NCBI GenBank assembly: GCA_964456155.1 | Contig: CAYVZJ010000001.1 | Coordinates: forward strand, 8,660 to 72,659 | Source: an uncultured Sangeribacter sp. | GTDB lineage: Bacteria; Bacteroidota; Bacteroidia; Bacteroidales; Muribaculaceae | DNA length: 64,000 nucleotides | Direction of reading: 5' to 3' | Part shown: in pieces, positions 56,789 to 64,000 of the stretch | Numbering within the stretch: position 1 is the stretch's first letter | How the letters are laid out: each line of letters begins with the position of its first letter | The notes under the pieces: model-generated | Seen by the model: only the letters and a program-made list of their open reading frames with translations | What the model was told of the DNA's origin: nothing | The model's database searches: none | Position numbers and translations under genes: made by a program

Positions 56789-58159
56789 TTATATGAGATG
56801 GCCGCGGAGGGTGGCGGAGGTGGCGTCGGTCACCTTTACGCGTACAAACTCTCCCGGGCGCGACTCACCTCGCGGGAAGACTACTACCTTATTCTGCGAG
56901 GTACGTCCGAAAAATTCGTCGGCACTCTTTTTGGAGCGACCCTCCACAAGCACATCAAACTCCTTGCCCACATCATTAAGATTGGATTGAAGTGACAATT
57001 CATTCTGCAGGGCAATCATGCGGTTGAGGCGCTCTATCTTCACTTCCTCCGGCACATTATCGGGGAGATGCTTTGACGCAAACGTGCCCGGACGCTCCGA
57101 ATACTTGAACATGAAAGCCGAGTCAAACCCCACCTCACGCATCAGTGAAAGCGTCTGCAGGAAATCTTCCTCCGACTCATTATGAAATCCGGTGAACATA
57201 TCAGTAGTGATGCCGGCTCCGGGGAGAATCTCCCTTATAGCCTTGATGCGGTCGAGATACCATTGGCGGGTATACTTGCGGTTCATATTCTTGAGCACGG
57301 AGTCCGAGCCGCTTTGCACGGGCAGATGTATATGCCGGGCGATGTTGGGCCGGGCAGCCATGGTGCGGAGCGTGTCGTCGCTCATATCCTTAGGATGAGA
57401 GGTGGTGAAGCGTATTCTCATATCCGGTGCCGCATCGGCCACGAGTGTGAGTAGCGCCGGGAAGTCGGTCACAGAGCCGTCTTCATCGGTGTGATGATAG
57501 CTGTCCACGTTCTGACCTAATAGCGTCACCTCCTTGAAGCCGCGGGCGCGCAGGTCGGCCAATTCATGGAGTATGCTCTCCGGATGTCGGGAGCGCTCAC
57601 GGCCGCGAGTATAAGGTACTATGCAATAGGAGCAGAAATTATTGCACCCCCTCATGATGGAGATAAATCCGCTGATGCCGTTGCTGCCGATGCGTCGGGG
57701 CATGACATCGCGGTAAGTCTCCGTGGTGGAGAGCACGGTATTGACCGCCTTCTCACCTTGCTCGGCCGCTCCCACGAGATTGGGGATATCGAGATACGCG
57801 TCCGGACCGGCCACAATGTCTACGTCATAATCCCTGACGAGCTGCTCCTTGAGTCTTTCGGCCATACATCCTATTACGCCGAGCAGCATTTTACGCCCGG
57901 ATTTGCGACGGAAAGCATTCCAATGGTTGAGTCGGGCGAAGATACGTTGCTCAGCGTTATCGCGTATGGAGCACGTATTGAGCAGCACCGCATCAGCCTC
58001 ATCATCACTCTCGGTGAGGTCATATCCGGCGAGCTGCATCATGGAGGCTACCACTTCCGAATCGGCCACATTCATCTGGCACCCGTAGGTCTCAATGCGC
58101 ACTTTTTTGGAAAAAGTGCAATTTTTATCGTTTTCGGTTGAAAAAAACATGTCATTCAT
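56789..58159 (-). CDS. miaB: tRNA-i6A37 methylthiotransferase
   Basis: ETYGCQMNVADSE, radical SAM cluster motif CNNFCSYC, and a TRAM-like C-terminus. Confidence 0.9.
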   Translation of the reverse strand: MNDMFFSTENDKNCTFSKKVRIETYGCQMNVADSEVVASMMQLAGYDLTESDDEADAVLLNTCSIRDNAEQRIFARLNHWNAFRRKSGRKMLLGVIGCMAERLKEQLVRDYDVDIVAGPDAYLDIPNLVGAAEQGEKAVNTVLSTTETYRDVMPRRIGSNGISGFISIMRGCNNFCSYCIVPYTRGRERSRHPESILHELADLRARGFKEVTLLGQNVDSYHHTDEDGSVTDFPALLTLVADAAPDMRIRFTTSHPKDMSDDTLRTMAARPNIARHIHLPVQSGSDSVLKNMNRKYTRQWYLDRIKAIREILPGAGITTDMFTGFHNESEEDFLQTLSLMREVGFDSAFMFKYSERPGTFASKHLPDNVPEEVKIERLNRMIALQNELSLQSNLNDVGKEFDVLVEGRSKKSADEFFGRTSQNKVVVFPRGESRPGEFVRVKVTDATSATLRGHLI

Positions 58160-58222
58160 AAGAATAAAATCAGATAATATGATTACTTTTGCAAAAATAC
58201 CATTAAAATCTAAACGTTACAA

Positions 58223-59725
58223 ATGAGTATCCCTTTTATTACAGCAGAAGAAGCTGCCAGTTATATTAAAAATGGCGATAATGTGGGATTTTCCGGCTTC
58301 ACAGCGTCCGGAACCCCGAAGGTTGTAACAGTCGCGCTTGCCAAACGTGCACGTGAACTCCATGAAAAAGGCGAACCTTTCAAGATCAACCTGTTTACCG
58401 GCGCCTCTACCAACGATCATGTTGACGGTGAGTTGGCGCGTGCAGATGCCATAGCCATCCGCACGCCGTATCAGAGTCATCCTGACGCACGCAAATTGTG
58501 CAACAAAGGCGGGATGCACTATTTTGATACCCACCTCAGCCATGTGTCGCAGGATTTGCGTTACGGTTTCTTCGGCGACATAGATGTCGCAGTGATTGAA
58601 GTTACGGAGATGTCACCCAACGGTGAGTTCATCCTCGGTGCCGGTCTCGGTATGACCCCCACGCTTGCCATGATGGCAAAGAAGGTCATCATCGAGTATA
58701 GCAGTTATTACAAGACCTCCTTCCGCGGCTTCCACGACAACTATGTGCCTCTTGATCCCCCTCACCGTCGTGAAATTCCCATCTATAAGCCCAGCGACCG
58801 TATCGGCTCCACAGTCATCAAGATTGACCCGGAGAAGATTATCGGCATCGTGCCCTCCAATGCTTCGGAGAGCATCAAGCCCTTTACCGCAGCCGATGAG
58901 GTGACTGAGCGTATCGGAGCCAACGTGTGTCATTTCCTCGCGCAGCAGCTGCGTGAAGGCAAGATGCCCAAGGAATTCCTTCCCATCCAGAGCGGCGTGG
59001 GCAATGTAGCCAATGCCGTGCTTTACGGCCTGGGTGAAAATCCGGATATTCCGCAGTTTGAGATGTACACGGAGGTGATACAGGATGCCGTAATGGCTCT
59101 TATGGAAGAGGGCAAATGTAAATTCGCTTCTACCTGCGCCCTGACATTCTCAGATGACGCCATGATGCGCTTTATGGATAATATCGACTTCTTCCGTGAC
59201 AAGATTCTGATGCGTCCCGGTGAGATCTCCAATCATCCGGAGGTGGTGCGCCGTCTCGGCCTGATTGCCATGAATACCGCTCTTGAGGCGGATATATATG
59301 GTAACGTCAACTCCACTCACGTATTAGGCAACAAGATGATGAACGGTATCGGTGGCTCGGCCGACTTCAGCCGCAATGCATACCTCTCTATCTTCAGCTG
59401 TCCGTCTATCCAGAAGGATGGCAAGATTTCTGCAATCGTGCCGATGGTGAGTCACGTGGACCACAGCGAACACTCCGTCAAGGTGCTTGTCACCGAGCAG
59501 GGCGTAGCCGACCTTCGCGGCAAGGATCCGCGTCAGCGCGCCGAGATTATTATCGAGAATTGTGCTCATCCGATGTATAGAGAGATTCTCTGGGATTATC
59601 TCAAAATTGCCGAAAAGAACGGTGGTCATACACCTCACGACCTCAGTGCAAGCTTTGCGCTTCACAGAGCGCTCATGGAGCGTGGCGACATGCTTCAGGC
59701 CGACTTCGGTGCCTGCGTAAAATAA
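58223..59725 (+). CDS. acetyl-CoA hydrolase/transferase family protein (succinate CoA-transferase-like)
   Basis: 500 aa. N-terminus ITAEEAASYIKNGDNVGFSGFTASGTPK, and later GIGGSADF. Confidence 0.8.
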   Translation: MSIPFITAEEAASYIKNGDNVGFSGFTASGTPKVVTVALAKRARELHEKGEPFKINLFTGASTNDHVDGELARADAIAIRTPYQSHPDARKLCNKGGMHYFDTHLSHVSQDLRYGFFGDIDVAVIEVTEMSPNGEFILGAGLGMTPTLAMMAKKVIIEYSSYYKTSFRGFHDNYVPLDPPHRREIPIYKPSDRIGSTVIKIDPEKIIGIVPSNASESIKPFTAADEVTERIGANVCHFLAQQLREGKMPKEFLPIQSGVGNVANAVLYGLGENPDIPQFEMYTEVIQDAVMALMEEGKCKFASTCALTFSDDAMMRFMDNIDFFRDKILMRPGEISNHPEVVRRLGLIAMNTALEADIYGNVNSTHVLGNKMMNGIGGSADFSRNAYLSIFSCPSIQKDGKISAIVPMVSHVDHSEHSVKVLVTEQGVADLRGKDPRQRAEIIIENCAHPMYREILWDYLKIAEKNGGHTPHDLSASFALHRALMERGDMLQADFGACVK

Positions 59726-59756
59726 TGCTTGAGTAAAAATTATCATATAAGCTTTA

Positions 59757-59793
59757 AAAGGCTGCTCCGCACTCTCAATTCGGAGCAGCCTTT
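59757..59793 (+). terminator. rho-independent terminator after the CoA-transferase gene
   Basis: AAAGGCTGCTCCG ... CGGAGCAGCCTTT followed by ATTTTTG. Confidence 0.75.
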
Positions 59794-60127
59794 ATTTTTG
59801 TGAAAATCTATAGCAACTCGATACGGCAGGAATTTATGCACCCAGGCAGTAACTGCGTCTGCTGAAATGGCCTCTAATTTGCCAACTTAGACTTTTAATT
59901 TGCACTTTAGACTTTTAGGGGTGTAAAATAGTTTGTATATTATTGAAATACAATGTATTATAAAATGCGTTTTTAGACTTTTAAATTTGCACTTATGTGG
60001 GTTTGCGTATTATCTTTGCACAAAAATTTTAACTATAAAACACGCTTGATTATAAAAAAAGTAAAAAGTAACATCCTAATATACAAACATCATGACACCT
60101 TTCCTAATTATGAGAGGTTGACGCATA

Positions 60128-61690
60128 TTATGGTCGTTCGATGATGGGCGGTGTGAGTCGTGCCGTGTCGGTATTGAAATTGGCTGCTATGAGGTAGATC
60201 TGCTTGCCGCTTTCGGCCTCTGACAGCCAGTATTTCTTTTCGCGGATCTGCTCCATTGCGGCCTCGGAGGTGGAGTCTATCTTGAATTCAAAGATGTAGA
60301 TATATCTGTCGGTCTCCACACGCAGGTCAATGCGTCCGTCGGAGGTACGCACCTCCGTCTGACAGAAATATCCCATAAGAGTAAATAGCAGGTATATCAC
60401 ATTCTGAAAATGTGATTCTGACGCACCCTTCTCACTGTAAGGCACTGAGGCTACAAGGCTCTCCATCTTGCGCATGAACGTCTGAGGCTCGCCATCGCGG
60501 ACAGCCACCACGAAATCAGTGACGGCAAAACCCCTTGCCGAAGAAGTTATAGGGATGTATTTCTTCATCAGAAACTTTAGAAATCCCTGCTTTACCTCTT
60601 TGTTGGGATAATCAAGAGTATACCGGTCAAGATCTCGGTCATAATCCTTTATGGTGAGATATCCTGTCTGATAGAAAGCAGGCAGCGGATTTTCACTCAA
60701 GAGTCCCGCTGATTCGAGTTCTGACCTGTCAATGTATGAGGGAGAAATCTCTCTAAAATCGAGAAAATCATTTTCAAGCAGACGCACAAGATATGTTGGT
60801 GTGCCACTATCAAACCAGAAATCACTGATATCTGATTTTGCAAAAGCATTCACCAGACTGAAGGGATTATAAATATCCGGACAATTTTTGCAGAAATGGT
60901 ATCCATCATAATTTATTTTCAGTCGTTCCCGCGCCTCCACTACTGAAACATCCAGACATTGTGCCAATTTCTCAATGCCGGCTTTGAAGTATTGGTCCAC
61001 CTCTTCCGAAGTAATTCCGCAGATGGCAGAAAATTTCTGTTCAAAGGATATATCGCGGAGATTATTGAGGTCGGAGAAGATGGAGACTTTTGAAAAACGG
61101 GCCACCCCGGTGAGCATGGCCATCTCGATGTAAGGGTCCATCGTCTTGAGGTTGGCGTAGAAGGCCTTCAGCTGTGAGCGGTAGATATCGGCTAATTCCG
61201 GCCTGTAGATAGTGTTCAGCAGCGGCTTGTCATACTCGTCGACAAGTATCACCACCTTCTTGCCGGTTATCTCGTAAGCCCTACGGATGATGTAAGCAAA
61301 CCGTTCCTCCGGACTCCCTTCTTTGCGCTCATCGCCATAGAGCTCTTCCCATAATAAGAGATTAGTATGGAGATGCTCCGCTAATGATTTTTCATCCTTG
61401 TATTCCTTATTGTTGAGGTCAAGATGCAACACCGGATGAGGCTCCCAATCATCAGTAAGAGAGTCGAGAGCAAGCCCTTTGAAGAGATCGCGGCGCCCAA
61501 GATAGTATGCTTCGATAGTAGAGAGCAGCAGACTTTTGCCGAAACGGCGCGGACGCGACAGGAAATAGTATTTACCTTGCATCAATTCATAGACAAATGC
61601 AGTCTTATCCACATACGTATATCCACCTTCCCGAATTTCCTTGAAACTCTGGACACCCACGGGATATTTGATAATCTTCTTCTGCTCCAT
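60128..61690 (-). CDS. AAA-ATPase-like (DUF1703-type) N-domain plus PD-(D/E)XK nuclease C-domain protein
   Basis: YPVGVQSFKEIREGGYTYVDKTAF ... RPRRFGKSLL, with the C-terminal GRIDLRVETDRYIYIFEFKID. Confidence 0.8.
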   Translation of the reverse strand: MEQKKIIKYPVGVQSFKEIREGGYTYVDKTAFVYELMQGKYYFLSRPRRFGKSLLLSTIEAYYLGRRDLFKGLALDSLTDDWEPHPVLHLDLNNKEYKDEKSLAEHLHTNLLLWEELYGDERKEGSPEERFAYIIRRAYEITGKKVVILVDEYDKPLLNTIYRPELADIYRSQLKAFYANLKTMDPYIEMAMLTGVARFSKVSIFSDLNNLRDISFEQKFSAICGITSEEVDQYFKAGIEKLAQCLDVSVVEARERLKINYDGYHFCKNCPDIYNPFSLVNAFAKSDISDFWFDSGTPTYLVRLLENDFLDFREISPSYIDRSELESAGLLSENPLPAFYQTGYLTIKDYDRDLDRYTLDYPNKEVKQGFLKFLMKKYIPITSSARGFAVTDFVVAVRDGEPQTFMRKMESLVASVPYSEKGASESHFQNVIYLLFTLMGYFCQTEVRTSDGRIDLRVETDRYIYIFEFKIDSTSEAAMEQIREKKYWLSEAESGKQIYLIAANFNTDTARLTPPIIERP

Positions 61691-62007
61691 AACGCAAATG
61701 TAATAATAATCTCAGAGATTTACAAATCTGTCCATTTGCTCACCTTCTTTCTGTGTCTATTATTCTGCGTGCCAAGCGGCCACTTTCCAATAGGGGGATA
61801 ATTGGAGCGTTAAGAATTTTTTGTTGAAAAAATTCTTAGATTCAGGGATGGTTTTGTGGGGCAAAATCAGGGTGATTTTGAGTAAAATTCGGGTGTGACC
61901 GAAGTGTCGTTAGATGATTTTGGACAGTCGTTAGATAAGAGGGTTAAAATAATTTGGTAAAACATTAACAATCAAATAGATGACATTTTAAAATATTAGA
62001 TAATTAA

Positions 62008-62040
62008 TTTGGATGTTAGACGGTATTTTTGCTAACTTTG
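62008..62040 (+). promoter_or_regulatory. predicted promoter upstream of the small secreted-protein gene
   Basis: TTTG at 62008-62011, 21 nt of spacing, then TAACTTTG at 62033-62040. The ATG is at 62074. Confidence 0.4.
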
Positions 62041-62073
62041 CAAGTGAAATATTAATACAAATCCATCTAAAAA

Positions 62074-62439
62074 ATGAAGAAAATTATCTTAATTTTTTTG
62101 CTCGGTTTACTGTTGTTTCCAGCAATAAGTTTGCAAGCAGACACCACCTCTATTACGATTTTAATTAAAAAGAAAGGTGGGAGTGGAACCGGCTCAATAG
62201 GTCGCGGTCCTGTGATGGGGCTACCAGTCGTTATCACTCTAAACGATGACACCGGTGAACTGACCGTAGCTGCTCCTGAAAATGTGAATGGATGTGTTTA
62301 TGTGTATAGTGTGGACGGAATACAGGAAGCCTACTCTCCTGTGCTCAATGCAACGTTCACTCTTCCACAGACCGATGACATCCACATCATTTCGCTGCAA
62401 GGTAGCAACTGGTTTGGCGAAGCAAAGGTGGTATACTAA
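62074..62439 (+). CDS. small secreted protein of unknown function
   Basis: 121 aa with signal peptide MKKIILIFLLGLLLFPAISLQA. Confidence 0.6.
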   Translation: MKKIILIFLLGLLLFPAISLQADTTSITILIKKKGGSGTGSIGRGPVMGLPVVITLNDDTGELTVAAPENVNGCVYVYSVDGIQEAYSPVLNATFTLPQTDDIHIISLQGSNWFGEAKVVY

Positions 62440-62553
62440 TCACTTTATTACTAAACTGACATTTTAACTAAAATATAAATGGGTAATATTGCCCGAATCT
62501 TTAAATTTTTATAAAATGAATAAATTACTTAAAATTAAGGAGTTTATAACTCC

Positions 62554-62823
62554 TTGCCTGCTGATGTTGTAAACGAGAGTGGTAAGTTCACAACATTATC
62601 TGTCGGTGGTACGATAGAAAATTCGAGCAACGCAGGAAATTGTATGAATCCCGGTGATTGTGACTATTCCACAAATGATGGTGCATGTACCAACATGAGC
62701 CAATGTTATTTTTCCCGAAACGGATCAGATGGCAGTGGTAATTCGTGCAGAAATCCGACACGGCCTTCCAATCCAAATATATGTGGCGGTTCGAACATTG
62801 GTGGAATAACCGAGTGTCACTAA
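62554..62823 (+). CDS. Cys-rich RiPP precursor peptide candidate (GG-type leader, Asn/Gly/Ser/Cys-rich core)
   Basis: 89 codons. The leader-like part ends LSVGG. The core carries 7 Cys in an N/G/S/D/T-rich context (GNC, GDC, GAC, SQC, NSC, NIC, TEC). It lies 56 nt upstream of a radical SAM/SPASM gene. The in-frame start is only a TTG, and an ATG-initiated MNKLLKIKEFITP lies in another frame at 62516. Confidence 0.6.
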   Translation: MPADVVNESGKFTTLSVGGTIENSSNAGNCMNPGDCDYSTNDGACTNMSQCYFSRNGSDGSGNSCRNPTRPSNPNICGGSNIGGITECH

Positions 62824-62879
62824 AAGTAATCCTCACTAATTATGAGATGGGGGGAAACAAACAATGAGAACCTAAATCA

Positions 62880-64000
62880 ATGAAACTAAGCCGATATACA
62901 AGCATTTTGCCAATTGGGGAGAATACAAAGCTAATCTTTAGTGCCAGCACCCAGACATTTCATATATTGAAAGATTTAAATTGTGAGATTAATTACGATA
63001 ATCTTTTGCAATGGGCACAAGGCGATGAAGCTATTAGACAAGAATTGATAACATCAAAAGTGCTGATTGATGATGATGTAGACGAAGTCAAATGGTTAAA
63101 GGATAAGATTTTTAAAATTGACAATGATTCTTCATTATTTCAACTCAATATAAATCCCACACTTGATTGTAATTTCAGATGTTGGTATTGTTACGAAAAT
63201 CATCAGAAAGAGTCTCGTATGTCGGAACAGACTATTGAAAGTGTGATTCGTTTTGTTGAGAATACATTCAATCGGCTGACAGAACTCAAAGAATTTAATT
63301 TAGGTTTCTTTGGAGGCGAACCGCTATTGTGCTTTGATACAGTGGTCAAACCTTTAATACATAAATTGGGATTACTATGTAAGCAACATGATGTTTCTTT
63401 GGCAGTTAATTTTACATCAAACGGTAATTTAATAACAGAAGAAATAATTAAGTTTCTTAGAGGCTACAGAACGTCATTCCAAATTACTTTGGATGGAGAT
63501 ATGGAACATCATGACAAGACCCGGTTTTCAAAAGGTGGCGAAGGAAGTTTTTTAAAAATAATAGAAAACATCAAATTGCTTGTCTCCAATAGGATTTCTG
63601 TCATTGTCCGAATTAATTATACAAGACAGAATGCTGTCAGTATACAAAATATAACCAAATATTTCAGTGAACTTAATCCTGATTTAAGGGATTATATGGT
63701 ATTTGATTTCCACCGAGTATGGCAAGAGCGTGACAATCACCTTGACCAGACCGATGAAATAATTGGTGAAATCAAGAGTCAATTCCGCACAGAGGGTTTT
63801 AAGGTATCGGCTTTTATTTACCGAGATTTTACTCAATCATGCTATGGTGATAAAACAAATCATGTTCTTATAAATTATAACGGAGAAGTATTCGGTTGTA
63901 CTGCGCGGGATTTTATTTCTGCCAATAGAATTGGCATGCTCCATGCTACCGGTGAGATTGAATATGATCAGCCGGTATATGGAGATCGAGCAACAGCCAA
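62880..64000 (+). CDS. radical SAM/SPASM peptide maturase, 3' end beyond the window
   Basis: Open frame from ATG 62880 to the window edge, so it is not in the ORF track. CX3CX2C cluster CNFRCWYC, GGEPLL, and SPASM-type CX13GX4C in SCYGDKTNHVLINYNGEVFGC. Confidence 0.85.
   Translation, partial: MKLSRYTSILPIGENTKLIFSASTQTFHILKDLNCEINYDNLLQWAQGDEAIRQELITSKVLIDDDVDEVKWLKDKIFKIDNDSSLFQLNINPTLDCNFRCWYCYENHQKESRMSEQTIESVIRFVENTFNRLTELKEFNLGFFGGEPLLCFDTVVKPLIHKLGLLCKQHDVSLAVNFTSNGNLITEEIIKFLRGYRTSFQITLDGDMEHHDKTRFSKGGEGSFLKIIENIKLLVSNRISVIVRINYTRQNAVSIQNITKYFSELNPDLRDYMVFDFHRVWQERDNHLDQTDEIIGEIKSQFRTEGFKVSAFIYRDFTQSCYGDKTNHVLINYNGEVFGCTARDFISANRIGMLHATGEIEYDQPVYGDRATA

Overview
The window looks like a Bacteroidales (Bacteroidota) chromosome segment. 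Supporting signs are TAnnTTTG-type promoter boxes, a DUF2723 protein, a T9SS-sorted BspA-like LRR giant and a riboswitch-controlled BtuB/BtuG-like B12 locus. A relatively GC-rich housekeeping backbone carries polA, aroK, rnhB, a polyprenyl synthase, lplA, lptE, secG, miaB, a CoA-transferase and the B12 uptake operon. It is interrupted by several visibly AT-rich accessory patches (composition judged by eye, not computed).

Accessory patches:
1. 3.9-8.8 kb: an island with a Panacea-domain antitoxin and an unknown partner, an AAA_15/21-type ATPase, and a DUF4417 three-gene operon.
2. 21.7-24.6 kb: an AlbA_2/Schlafen-like gene array carrying a 173-bp duplicated 5' end.
3. 26-29.7 kb: a class II Fic gene sitting between duplicated intergenic modules.
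4. 36.2-43.2 kb: a seven-gene operon encoding only exported proteins, preceded by a roughly 360-nt structured leader.
5. HipBA-like and MntA/HepT toxin-antitoxin pairs.
6. 62.5 kb to the window end: a Cys-rich precursor peptide with a radical SAM/SPASM maturase (RiPP locus, truncated by the window edge).

No rRNA, tRNA, CRISPR array, integrase or transposase was recognised.

The best candidates for undescribed biology are the RiPP locus, the ATPase/DUF4417 island, the PanA-associated unknown toxin, and the exported-protein operon with its leader RNA. All family assignments come from motif recognition by eye and need a database search to confirm.
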